DNA from: Selaginella moellendorffii
Taxonomy: Eukaryota; Plantae; Lycopodiophyta
Reading direction: 5' to 3'
Assembly: GCF_000143415.4 (NCBI RefSeq)
Contig: NW_003314299.1
Span: forward strand, 314,979-378,978
DNA length: 64,000 nt
The position numbers and the translations under genes were made by a program. The first letter of the stretch is position 1, and each line of letters opens with the position of its first letter. A model generated the notes under the pieces. That model did not search any database. It worked only from the letters and a program-made list of their open reading frames with translations, and had not been told where the DNA came from. Positions 25,701-38,722 of this stretch are shown here, piece after piece.

Positions 25701-27168
25701 TTCGACATCTTCTTCTGCTACCCAAATCTGGTAATATTCTAACCTTAGATCAATCCTCAAAAGGTATTTCACCTTTCCCAACCTATCAAATAAGTCCTCA
25801 ATCCTTAGTAAAGGGTATTTGTTCTTCTTTGAATATTTGTTGAGCAACTGATAGTCTATGCATATATATATAGAGTCATATTTCTTTTTCACAAATAACA
25901 CTAGTGCCCTATACGGCGACTTGTTCAACCTAACATATCTTTTATCCACCAACTTCTCAAGTTGACATTTGAGCTCCTTAAGTTCCTTTTCGTTCAACCA
26001 ATATGGGGGACGAACGACTACCTTAGCACCTTCAACCAGCTCAATTTTCTGTTTTATTGGTCGTGCAGGGGGTAACCCCACCGGTAACTCCTCCGGCATA
26101 GTATCTCGAAATTGATCCAACACCCACTAAATCACTAAAGGTATTTCTTTTGTTTCTGTCTTTTTGTCACTCCTCACTAAGAGTAAGTACAAAAATGCTG
26201 CCTTGGTTCCTTTAATGAGTTGTCTTTTTGTGGACATCAAGTTCAAGCAAGAGTCTTTGGCCTTACTTTGCCCTACCTTTAGATCTTGGGCCTCCACCCT
26301 AGATCATTCTCCTTGAGCATTCACCAATACCACAAAGTTTTTACTTTATCCATGCAGAGGTATCACAAATTGATTTAACCAATCCATCCCAAAGATCATG
26401 TTAAATCCTGCCATGTCCAACACGGTGAAATCTATGTCTACTTTCCATATCCCTACTTCGACTCTTGCTTTTCGAAGTATTTCATCGATGCTTTAGCTAC
26501 CTTGAACAAACTCTATAGTCCTTGGTTCACCCAACCGTTGCACTGCTAATCCGGCTTGCCGAACTATGTTTGTAGCCACAAAATTATCTAAAGCACTCAT
26601 ATCAATAAAGATTTTAACAAAGCTACCTCCGAGCTTCCCTCAGAGGGCTAGTAGATGTCGCGAACGACTCTCTACCAAAGTTGCTTGTGTAATGAGTAAC
26701 TTTGAGCTAGGGACTGGATCACGTACCTCAATTTGGATTTCACTCGACTTAATGGCTATATTGGCTCAGGCCTTATTTGGGTAGGGACATTTCCTTGAGA
26801 AGTGTCCCGCTTCACCGTAATTGAAGTATATGTTGTTTCCCACACTACTAGTAAACTGGACCTTTTTATCAGTGGGTTTGTCCCTTTTTGCTTGATTACC
26901 TTACATACTTGCTTGCTGACCACCAAATTTACTTTTCCAAAAACTTGATGACTCATTTTTAGAGAAACTTTTCTTGAATTTCCCTTTGCTATATGTCCCT
27001 TTTGGTTTGGCTCCTTTGCTAAATGTGGACCCTAACTTCGTTGTGTTCCCCTTTCATAGATTATTATTAAAATGCACCTTAATAGCTACATCCAACACTT
27101 CCTTGTAGTTGGTTAGATTCTAATGCATCATTTCGCCTCGAGCCCAAGTTTACAAACTTGATATGAAA

Positions 27169-29590
27169 ACTGCAATCAATGCCTTTTTACAGAGTTCTTT
27201 TTCCTTCTTTGCTATTGCTCTTTGCATAGTCTCAGCTAGCTTAACAGGGATAGCCTTTCCTCTTGTGTCAACGTGGACCAAGTCACTTTTACTTTCTCCT
27301 ACTGCTGCCAATTTGTGCACATCTGCATATCCAGGTGTTTCCCTATTCATGTTATGGGAGGCGTTCTTCTTGTTGACATCACTGTTCCCATCCAAGGAAT
27401 GCAATGCTTCTGCCACCTTTTTGCAGCCCTGAGTCTACCCCACTCTCGACTAAGCCTTCACCACCCACTCAAATGTGTCAACCTCCTAGTGCTGGTCCTC
27501 CTGCATGCCTATTCTCTTATCAGTAGGGGCCTACTCCTCCTTGAGAAAGGTTTCAATTGTGTTTGTCTAGGATGGGTCCTCCTTAGCAAATCCCAGAGTT
27601 TTAAGTTTCTGCCATGTTGCTCACTTCACATTCTTCTTCTCAAGTTTGGTCTTCCTCTTGTTGAAGGCATCACATTCCTGGAATTGAAGTATGCCATTTG
27701 ACTATTTGTCTAGTGAGTGCTCCATCTCTAGCTCTATTTTTGGCTCTCCAAGTCTCGCATCAACTGTTGGTGTTGGCGTTACATCCAGCTTGCCACCTTG
27801 CTCTTGAGCCCATGCAACAAAGAGATCCACTTGCTGTGTGACCACTACCCTTCCTATGCTTCTCACAATGTAGGTTCCAATGTGAGGTCCTCTCCCAAAG
27901 GATTCAGGTCCAACCCTCTAATCGAGTTGACTGGAGTTATTTGCGTACTGGAAGCAGAGACCTTTGGATCCTTTCCTCAAAGTGGCAAGGGTCTTAGACC
28001 AACATCCCTACTTCATCAAGTCTAGGAAGTGGAGAGGGGAGCAACACCTTTTGCCCCTCATGTGGTGCTGTGGGAGAATCCAGATCTGATTTCCTCACTT
28101 GTTGCTGGTGTGCAAGGTCCACTTGGCATGCTTCTTCCTACACTCTTGCATGTATTGGATCAGGGATGAGCTCATTCTCGTCTGTAGGAGTCTCTGGGTG
28201 GTACGAGGGATTCCCACCAGCTGGGCATGAGCTTGATGCATTCCCGTGAGCTGTGAGTGTGCCAGCTGCCCAGTCCTTTCGTGAGTTGAGGTTCTTTGTT
28301 AGAATTCCAAGAGCTGCTTGACGTGTATCCCACAATGAGACATTCCCCATGTCTTCCACATCATCTAGTTGGTGAGTTAGCTGCAAGACTTCCTACTGGA
28401 TTTGTTGTGTTGACTCACGATGCACCTGTTTTGTGAACCTCTCACTATTCCAAAAGACTATACTACCACCTGCAAACTTCAGTGAGAGCAAGTGTAGACA
28501 ATCCATGCTATCTCCAACCTGTCTTGAGTCAGTGTAAAGCCTCGCCACTGGGGGCTGTGAGCTAAATCAGGGCCTCACACTTGAGGCATGAGCTGGTGAA
28601 GATGGGAGTGAAGCTCTAGGCTTGTTCGTAAAGTTTGACAAACATTTGTGGGCAAACTTCAGTGTCTGGAGTGGTTGTTCCTTGTTGAGCCCTAAGGCCA
28701 TGACTAAACAGTCAATCTTCCTGGAGATCTCCTGGCTTGGTTGTGTCTCTGAGTGAGGGATTATGAACTCACCTTCTAGTGAGGCCTCCATATTGATCTT
28801 ACATGATAGAAGTGCATCCATGCTAGGGCCCTATTCCTCTCTATTTTTGGTCATTCTTGGTGGGGTAGACTTGAGTTCTCCTATTCTATGCCCTAGGTCT
28901 ACTATTGCTGCTCTGGTGGTGACTTCTGACTTGACTTTGGTATGCCACTCCTTCACTTCTATGAGACATCCATCCTTGTGAATCCCCTCAACTACAAAAG
29001 TGCTTGGGATGATGCCCCACAAGCCTTCCTAACTTGTGACTAGCCTGAGACTCTCACAAAGCTCCTGCACTCCAGCCAATGACCATGGGATTGGGTGAGG
29101 GGAGGTAGCTTTGTCCTCTCCTCCACTCTTTGTGGAAGCTTTGCCTTTGACATGGCTTACACTTCTAGCTTTTTCTAGGACTTGGCCATCCCCCAACCTA
29201 GAAAAGTTCACCACTTCTATCTCACAGTTTTCATCTTGCTGAGTTGCTGCTTTGTGTGGCACACTTGTTGCCTTGCGCAGCAAATACAAAGGCCCCTTTC
29301 CCATCCTGGCTTGCTGCCATGCATGTTCCAAGACCCTGACCTTGTAGCAGTCCTCTTCATGGAAGCCAAATGCTGAGGCCCCTACCTCACACTCCACAAC
29401 CTTGAGAGCTCAAATTGTTGGGCGTGGATGCTGTGACTCCCTTATGGCTGTTCTCCATGCTACTAGCAAGAGAGTGAGTACACAACAGAAACAAAAAAAG
29501 GGGAATGATGCTTCCCTGAATCTCAAGGTGGATACCCCTATTGACAGTAGCAAGTGCAAGGAGATTGTGTGCTCTCCCCTGTGCGCTTTT
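27169..29590 (-). pseudogene. Degenerate long reading frame of unknown identity
   Basis: ORFs 29410-29622, 29029-29397, 28831-29022, 28567-28821 and 28138-28386 all lie in one minus frame, separated by stop codons. No domain recognised. Confidence 0.5.
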
Positions 29591-31191
29591 CTACCTCTAC
29601 GAAGGTTGGGTTTGAGTCTCAACTCTCTAGTGTTTGGGTTCGAATCCCAACTTACTAGGGCGTGATGATGGTTTGGAATATGAAGACACTCATTTTTTGA
29701 TGGTTATGGACTCTTAATAAGAAGACTATTTGGGCACACTGCTAAATAGGGGATGCCTCAGAGTTGTGATACATGGTTAAATTGTTTAGTGTGAAAGCTT
29801 GACATATCTAACTTGAATAACTTTGGTGTAAATAGCACCAAAGACGTGGTGAATGAGATGAGGACACCCAATCTTAGTTGCCATGGACCCTTGGCTGGAA
29901 GAGCTAGCTTAGGTGCACCACCAAGTGTGGGGGATGCCCCCGAGGTCATGGTCAACAACTTAAAAGTCTAAAAGACTTAACATTTATTGGCAAATCTATT
30001 AAGGTGTCAAGGTGAGATTATTAAATGATTTTATGGTTAAACAAAGATAAGGTCCTTGTGAGGTTAAAGAATAAGGTTCCTAGTTCAAAGTGTTGCTTTG
30101 AATTATTTATAATAGTGTGGTTTGGTCAAGGTGACCAAGTGGAAAGAACACTTAAGGTAAATGAGTTATAGCAATGCAATAATGTTGTGAGTCCAAGAAA
30201 ATAATGTTTAAAGAAGGATCCATGGGTGGGTCACAAAGTTGGGCTATAGATAAAGCTCATAGTAGATAATGTTGGAACGACTTACTAGGGGTGAACACTC
30301 TTTGGATTTAGCAAAAAAAAGCCTTTGTTATAGAACCAAAAGGATACTTTGAGCATGGAAGTAGTGATCCTGCATTGCTTGGTGCAATAATTAAAGGATA
30401 TGAGTAAACGGCTAGTGGCCAAAAATGGGTTATGAAAATCATTTGAAAGAATCCAAATGACAAAGTTATGCAAAAAACACTCATAGATTGGATGCTAACA
30501 GATTGTGAAAAGGAAATATGATTCCAATGATGAATTCCCAAATGCTCCAATTTAGTGAAGGTGAATACTCCAAGAGATGGAGCAACAAAGTAGCCAAATG
30601 ATAAAGCCATAAATAGCTTTAGTATGAATTATGGATAAATGAAATTTAGTGCCAAATATAGCACAAAATAAAAGAGAAGATGATGGTACCTTCAAGTGAA
30701 GAACTCCCTAGAATGGAAAAGTTATGTTTGCATAACTAGTGCAATGCAAGGTGTCAGACACACCTAGGAAATTGACTTGAGATATCAATATTAAAGTTCC
30801 AAAATGCGATAGTTATGTCAATAGTGGCCAAGACTACTCCAGAATGAGTAGTAAAATTGAAATAAAAAAGGTGTTTCAAATGAGTTTAACATGAATTAAA
30901 TAAACAAAAGGGGAAGGACCAGTCTAATGAATGTCTAAGTTGGAGAGACTATACTCCTAAGAGGATGGGTAAGGCATGGTGAGCCTTTAGTGTCAAACCA
31001 TTGACGAATATTAATTGGGTGCTAAAAATGAAAAATGGTAATCCATGATGGGGTTACTTTATAAAATGGTTTATCATTCAATAAGGACATCAAACTTTAT
31101 CTATGGGTGGTGGAGTTGTGAGACACAAATCCCTAAACCTGAAACTAGAACCAAAAGGGTGCCATATGGTAGTGGTCAAAATAGAAGTCTA

Positions 31192-34100
31192 TGTGAGACA
31201 CAAAATCCCTAGGCCCCAAAGTGGAGCTGGAAGGGCACCACGTGGTAATGGCCGAAGCGAGAGCCAAACGAGCGTAACATGTTTGGACCAAAAGCTCCGA
31301 CTTGAAAAGTCAAGAGCGGGAGTGGAACTCCCAACGAAGTGCTCGAGGAACGAGCACGAAGCGAGCAAAAAGCGAGGCTCCAAAAAGGGACCCAAAAGGA
31401 CCAATACATGACACGTGGAAGTGTCCGAGATGGACTCGAGTTGGAGTCCAAAGTGGAGTCTGAGATGGACCCGAGTTGGAGTCCGAAGTGGAGTCCGAGA
31501 TGGACCCGAGTTGGAGTCCGAAGTGGAGTCCGAGATGGACCCGAGATGGAGTCCGAGATGGAGTTCGAGATGGACCCGAAATGGAGTCCGAGATGGACCC
31601 GAGATGGAGTCCAAGATGGAGTCCGAGATGGACCCGAGATGGAGTCCAAGATGGAGTCCGAGATGGAGTCCGAGATGGAGTCCGAGATGGACCCGAGATG
31701 GAGTCCGAAGTCGAGACTGAGACCCGGACCGAGACCGAGACCGAGACCGAGATGAAGATCGGGACCGAGACCGAGACCGAGGCCGAGGCCGAGTCCGAGT
31801 CCGAGTCCGAGTCCGAGTCCAAGTCCGAGTTCGAGTCTGAGAGGGTGAAAGCCCAAAGCATTCGTCTCCCAGACCCTGGGGGGTTTGGTGAGCTCCAAAA
31901 GTATAGTAGGGGGAGGACTGCAGTGGAGCCAGTTTGGCCAGGAAAGGCCAGTTTGGCCAGGAAGGCCGGACCCAGTGTTGGGTGATGAGCTGCCCACTGG
32001 GAAGTCCAAGACTAGGGTGAACACAGACCGACAAGTGGGGTAGCTTGGTGAAGTGTTCAAGAGCCGGCTCTAGTTCCCCCGGGAGATCGACTGGCCGATG
32101 CTCCCAGTCCAAGTGTGGGTGGCACTACCTACTTGGATACCAGGCGTGGCTCAACGGAACCTCGCTCTAAGCCCATGGCTAGAGCACCTAAAGGCGGAAG
32201 GCGGGGAGAGTACCCATGAGGCCCGCGTAGGGCCACGGTGTTCCGAAATGGTGTCCCAAAGTCCCAGACTGTGGAAAGGAAGAGGGGTAGCCCTCTGGTG
32301 GGGTGACCAAGGACACAGTCACACAGTGAGGAAGTCCTAGAGGATAGTGGGACTTAATGGTCGGGCCGGTGGGCCTTGATCCAGTGGCAGTGTTGGCGAA
32401 CACAGCCAAGGACAAAAAGGGACTTGGTGGGGACCGGAACAGAGATATTGGGGAAAGATATTCCCCATGTCTGTAGGCATCCTAAGGATGTTAAGGAGTG
32501 GATCTGGGATGATCCCTCATGGACGGATGACTTAGTCTTTGAGAGACGGGATGGGAATGCAGGTGGCGTTGGACCCCCAGTGTGACCAAGGTAATTGGGC
32601 ATGGCCTTAGCGTAACGGGCCGATATGTCGGTGGTACCTTGGGGTGTCGATCATGGGATCGGACACGTGGAGCACTTGGACCAAGTGCTAAGGTTGAGTG
32701 GCATGGATGCCATTCTCGGGGCTAGCAAGCCCCAAGTCCTGAGTTGGACTTATGGAGGTTGTGAATGAGACTCCTCCAAGTGGTCGGAGGTGTGGTTAAG
32801 TGACTAAAGTAAAATGGAAAATTTAGTTGCTTACAATTTGGTATCGGAGCTATTCCTTAGTCCGACTTTTATTGGTGCTCAAGTATATCACCACTGGTGT
32901 TGGCAACGGAAGGTCCGAGAACTGGGCCTATCCTTGAGGAGTAGCAGGTCGGGAAGACATGGCTCTCCATTACAGTTCATATATGAACTTGTAGACAAGG
33001 TGGTGGATAGAAAAGGGGCCAATAATGGAACGACTTTGGGATCTTGGGAACAGTGCAAGGTTTTCCTCATTGAGTTGAGGAGGTGATCCAGATGAGCGTT
33101 TGACTCAGCAAACGGGCTAATGTAGTTGGGGTAAACAAATATAGTTGGGATCACGGGGAAAATAGAGACTCCAAAAACAATAAAGGAGTCACAAATTTAT
33201 CCTCACATAGTTGAGGCTGGTGCTCATGAAGGTGAGACCGGAATGGATGACTGTGAAAGGTCAAGGGTGGATGAGGACACGAGTCCTTGAAATGGTAGCC
33301 GGGGCTACCTCTAATAAATGCTGGAACAACCCAAGGAGTTAGGGGTGTATTAAGTGGATGAGTTGGTATTCTCATCACATGGACAAGTAGTCCTAAGGGG
33401 CAAAGGTTGCCCCCAGAGAACAAAATCAAGTGTCGGAGTAACACTTGTGAAAATAGTCCTTTTGAGTAGGACAGGAATGCAAGAAGTGTATTCTAGTGAG
33501 GTAGTGCCTCACAAGTAGGACCTTACGGGTCTGTGGATTAACCAAGTCCAAAACTGTTGTATGACTCAAGTAGAGTCAAGGGATGGTCCTAAAAGGACTG
33601 ATGGAAGCATTTGGACTGAAGTGTGTTGTACCCCACAAAAGATGGGGGGGGATCATAGGATCCAAGGATGAGAACAGAGGGTATCTCATCGATGGCAAAA
33701 TGTGCCATACTAAAGTCGTGGGAAAGGTGTTCCCAAAAAGAAAACAACTTTGACACAAAGTTGTGTGTGACCTCTATGATGCAGTGCTAACAGATGGTTG
33801 GCATGAGAAAGAGTGGTATTGGTCTTGGCAAAGACTTAGACACAAAAAAGCAGTGTCATAGAGGTAGGCTCGTGGAGCCGATGGTGTGGAGACACCAAAT
33901 GTGCCAAGGTGTGAGACCTTGAGGCTACGTTGGTGGGTTCATGAGAACCCCTTGCCAAAGGAATCCCAATAAAAATGGGAATGGCATAGCCTAAGCTGTA
34001 GAGCATGCAGTTGGAGTGTGGTGACCCAGATAATGATGGAGGTGTGAAAGCACCAACAATGAGTTGTAGGACTTGACAACTACGAGGCAACTAAGCAAGA

Positions 34101-37100
34101 GGGGTAGAAGGTAGCTACCCAAGCCTTCCTAATGGCATAGAGAAGTTGGATATACCCTTACGGGGGATAAGTTGCTTGTGTTGCGATATAGTAAGTCAAT
34201 GTCATAAAAGGAAATACTCATTGTCAAGGAAGCCGTCATTGGGACACCCGAACACTCTAGAACACTAGGAGGTGGTGTTTGATGTCGCGAGGGCAGTAGA
34301 TAAGGCCCAAGGGACTAAGTCCCTGGCGAATGATGGATAGTAGGTGCTATCCAAATGTCCAAGGTTGTGGAGACAGGAGAAAATTGTCTACCCGAATTGG
34401 ACAAAGCCAAAAATGGAATTTTGGCAAGGCTAGTGATGGGCATGTAAAGGCCCATAAGCAGCAACGTTAATCCCGATGTGTGGGATTATAAGGTGAGCAT
34501 GCCCAAGATTGAGGAACCACTCCCTAGGCTATCGGGTAGGTTCATCCCTAAGAATACTTGCTAAGGTATGATAGAAAGTGCAAAGCTATCCTCCTGGTCT
34601 GGAGGAGAATGACCGAAGGAAAGGTGTGAAGCCAAAAGCAAGAAGTAAGGGGATAGAACCGAACCATAGGAATCGAAGGGCATAACCAAGGTTGGTTATG
34701 CCAGCTGGGAGTGGAGAATCAAGTGGGGGCTCGAGGGTGTTGCCGCTAGCAACCGTGATGCCATGGAGAGTCTAAAATATGGAATTGTCCATGTTAGACT
34801 ATATGGTAATTGGAAAGCTTGCAAAAAGGGGGGGCCTTAGCAAGCTAAGGGACAAAGTTCCTTCAAGGTTCCCAAAGAGGATTCTAGGTAGCTTAGTACC
34901 TAGAGAGGCCAAGCGTAAATGGTTCAAGGAACGCGCGAAATCAGAGTGGCGCAGCAGAAGCGTGGTCTTGAAACTTGTCATGAGGCAAGACTATCAAGGT
35001 TAGGGAAGTAGTTCCCGAGTGTTCAAAGAGAAGGCTTTGAATGAAAGTTGATGGTTAAGGACTTTCACGCTTATGCATGAACCATGTTACGGTGGCCGGA
35101 TGACTTGCTAAGTGAGATTGGCAAGTTGGGGGGAACAAATACCCTAGTTGAAGGTGCTAACTTCAAAAAGGGTGGCCCACCAAGCATGGAGGAGTCCATG
35201 CATGATCACAGATATGTCAAGTGAGAGGACTTGGCAGTGTGGGAGAACTAGGTTCCTAAGCTGTGATCTGTAGCGCGCTTTAAAAATAAGTTGGTGCACC
35301 GGCGTGGGGAGTCACGCCAGGCATCTTGTGTGATGCCGTCCGTAGATGCATATACGGAGGTTGGGTTCGAGTCCTGACCCTCTAGTGCTTGGGTTCGAGT
35401 CCCAAATCACTAGGGCGTGGTGATGGTTTGGAATATGAGGACACTCATATTTCGGTGGTCATGGACTCTCAGTGGGGAGACTGGTTTGGGCACACCGCCA
35501 AGCGAGGGATGCCTCGGAGTCGTGATGCACGGTTAGATTGCTTAGTGTGAAAGCTCAGCATATCTAACTTAAACGCTTTGGTGCAAGTGGCACCAAGGAC
35601 GTGGTGAGGGAGATGGGGACACCTAATCTCAGTTGCTATGGACCCTTGGCCAGAAGGGCTGGCTTGGGCGCACCGCCAAGTGTGGGGGATGCCCCCGAGG
35701 TCGTAGTTAACAAGTTAAAGGTCTGGAAGACTTAGTACCTATTGGCAAACCTGTTAAGGTGCCGAGGTGAGATCACTAGGTGATCTTGTGGCTAAATAAG
35801 GACAAGGTCCTTGTTTGGGTTAAGGAATAAGGTTCCTAGTTCAAAGTGTTGATTTGAACTATTGATGATGGTGTGGCTTGGTCAAGGTGACCAAGTGGGA
35901 AAAGCACCTTAGGGAAATGAGTTATGTCATTGCGATGGCATAGTGTGTCCAAAGAAAGTAGTCTCTAAAGAGACCCATGGGAGGGTCACAAAGTTGGGCC
36001 GTGGATAGAGCCCACAGCAGAAGATGCTAAAAGAGACTTACTAGGGGTGAACACCCTAGTCTTGGCAAAGCAGAGCCTTTGCTATGGAATCAAAAGAATA
36101 CCTCAAGGAGGGAGGTAGAGATTCGATGTTGCTTGGTGCAACAATTAACGGATAGGAGCAAAAGATGAGTGGCCAAGATAGGGCCATGGAATCCCTTGGA
36201 AGGAATCCAAGTGACAAAGTTAGGCGAGGAACACTAATGTGTTGGACGCTAACAAATTGCGGGAAAGGAAGTGTGTTTCCAAAGATGGATTCCGAATTGC
36301 TCCAATTTGGCGAAAGTGGAAGCTCCAAGGAAGGGAGCGGTAAGGTAGCCAAATGATAGGGCCATGGACAGCCCTAGCACAATGGAACTTAGTGCCTAAG
36401 GTGGCACAAAATAGAAGAGAGGATGATGGTGCCCTCAAGTAATGAACTTCCTAGGATGGGAAGTGGAGTTGCACAATCTGTGCAATGCAAGGTGTTGGAG
36501 ACACCTAGGAAATTGACTTCCAAAAGTCAAAAGAGTGAAAGTTCCAAGGTGCAAACGTTCAATAAATGGAAATTAAGACTACTCGAGAAGGAGTAGTGGG
36601 ATTGACTTAGAGAAGGGTATCTAACAGGTTTAGCGAGAACTAAACCAATAAAAGGAGAAAACCACTATATGTGGTCCAATCAGTCTCTAAGTTGGAGAGA
36701 CTACCCTCCTTGGAGGATAAGCAAGGCATGGTGAGCCTTTGGTGTCAAACCATCGAGGAATATGCAAAAGGCATGGTGAGCCTTCAATGTCCAACCATTG
36801 ACGAATATGGAGAAGGCATGGTGAGCCTTCAATGTCAAACCATTGACAAATATTGGCTACGCGCCAAGGATGGAAATGGTAACACATGCGGGTGTTACTT
36901 TATAAAATGGTTCACCGTTCGATGAGGACATCGAACTTCGTCTATGGGTGGTGGAGTTGTGAGACACAAAATCCCTAGGCCCCAAAGTGGAGCCGGAAGG
37001 GCACCACATGGTAGTGGCCGAAACGAGAGCCAAACGAGCGTAACACGTTTGGACCAAAAGCTCCGACTTGAAAAGTCAAGAGCGGGAGTGGAACTCCCAA

Positions 37101-38722
37101 CGAAGTGCTCAAGGAACGAGCACGAAGCGAGCAAAAGGCGAGGCTCCAAAAAGGGACCCAAAAGGACCAACACATGACACGTGGGAGTGTCCGAGATGGA
37201 CTCGAGTTGGAGTCCGAAGTGGAGTCCGAGATGGACCCGAGTTGGAGTCCGAGGTGGACCCAAGAAGGACCCGAAATGGAGTCCGAGATGGAGTCTGAGA
37301 TGGACCCGAGATGGAGTCCGAGATAGAGTCCGAGATGGACCCGAGATGGACCCAAGATGGAGTCCGAGATGGAGTCCGAGATGGAGTCCGAGATGGAGTC
37401 CGAGATGGAGTCCGAGGTGGACCCGAGATGGACCCAAAATGGAGTCCGAGATGGAGTCCGAGATGGACCCGAGATGGACCCGAGATGGAGTCCGAGATGG
37501 AGTCCGAGATGGACCCGAGATGGAGTCCAAGATGGAGTCCGAAATGGAGTCTGAGATGGAGTCCGAGATGGACCTGAGATGGAGTCCGAAGTCGAGACCG
37601 AGACCGGGACCGAGACCGAGACCGAGACCGAGATGAAGATCGGGACCGAGACCGAGACTGAGGCCGAGCCCGAGTCCGAGTCCGAGTCCGAGTCCGAGTC
37701 CGAGTCCGAGTCCGAGTTCGAGTCTGAGAGGGTGAAAGCCCAAAGCGTTCGTCTCCCAGACCCTAGGGGGTTTGGTGAGCTCCAAAAGTATAGTAGGGGG
37801 AGGACTGCAGTGGAGCCAGTTTGGCCAGGAAAGGCCAGTTTGGCCAGGAAGGCCGGACCCAGTGTTGGGTGATGAGCTGCCCACTGGGAAGTCCAAGACT
37901 AGGGTGAACACAGACCGACAAGTGGGGCAGCTTGGTGAAGTGTTCAAGAGCCGGCTCTAGTTCCCCCGGGAGATCGACTGGCCGATGCTCCCAGTCCAAG
38001 TGTGGGTGGCACTACCTACTTGGATACCTGTCGTGGCTCAACGGAACCTCGCTCTAAGCCCATGGCTAGAGCACCTAAAGGCGGAAGGCGGGGAGAGTAC
38101 CCATGAGGCCCGCGTAGGGCCACGGTGTTCCGAAATGGTGTCCCAAAGTCCCAGACTGTGGAAAGGAAGAGGGGTAGCCCTCTGGTGGGGTGACCAAGGA
38201 CACAGTCACACAGTGAGGAAGTCCTAGAGGATAGTGGGACTTAGTGGTCGGGCCGGTGGGCCTTGATCCAGTGGCAGTGTTGGCGAACACAGCCAAGGAC
38301 AAAAAGGGACTTGGTGGGGACCGGAACAAAGATATTGGGGAAGGCTATTCCCCATGTCTGTAGGCATCCTAAGGATGTTAAGGAGTGGATCTAGGATGAT
38401 CCCTCATGGACGGATGACCTAGTCTGTGAGAGACGGGATGGGAATGCAAGTGGCGTTGGACCCCCAGTGTGACCAAGGTAATTGGGCATGGCCTTAGCGT
38501 AACGGGCCGATATGTCGGTGATACCTTGGGGTGTCGATCATGGGATCAGACACGTGGAGCACTTGGACCAAGTGCTAAGGTTGAGTGGCATGGATGCCAT
38601 TCTCGGGGCTAGCAAGCCCCAAGTCCTGAGTTGGACTTATGGAGGTTGTGAATGAGACTCCTCCAAGTGGTTGGAGGTGTGGTTAAGTGACTAAAGTAAA
38701 ATGGAAAATTTAGTTGCTTACA
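31192..38722 (+). mobile_element. Family B copy B3, complete non-autonomous LTR element (7531 bp)
   Basis: 5' LTR 31192-32835, PBS TGGTATCGGAGC 32839-32850, PPT before 36958, 3' LTR 36958-38722, TSD GTCTA (31187-31191 / 38723-38727). Confidence 0.95.
37190..37730 (+). repeat. LTR minisatellite (GAGATGGAGTCC / GAGATGGACCC units, then GAGACC and GAGTCC hexamers); also at ~8730-9130, 16265-16765, 22110-22540, 31425-31840 and 38900-39315
   Basis: Directly visible tandem units whose copy number varies among LTRs. Confidence 0.95.

Larger units (their letters stand above)
14750..27168 (-). mobile_element. Family A copy A2: degenerate gag-pol (~23250-27168); 3' LTR starts at 22786, is split by B2 and truncated near 14750
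   Basis: RT (IDLRLEYYQI), RNase H, integrase (CHDGPFVGH, IDFIMGLP, VVVDRF) and chromodomain remnants on the minus strand, with many stops. Confidence 0.9.

Noticed and set aside
31425-31840. CRISPR-like appearance of regular repeats
   Set aside because: Head-to-tail units with no unique spacers, a eukaryotic LTR context and no cas genes.
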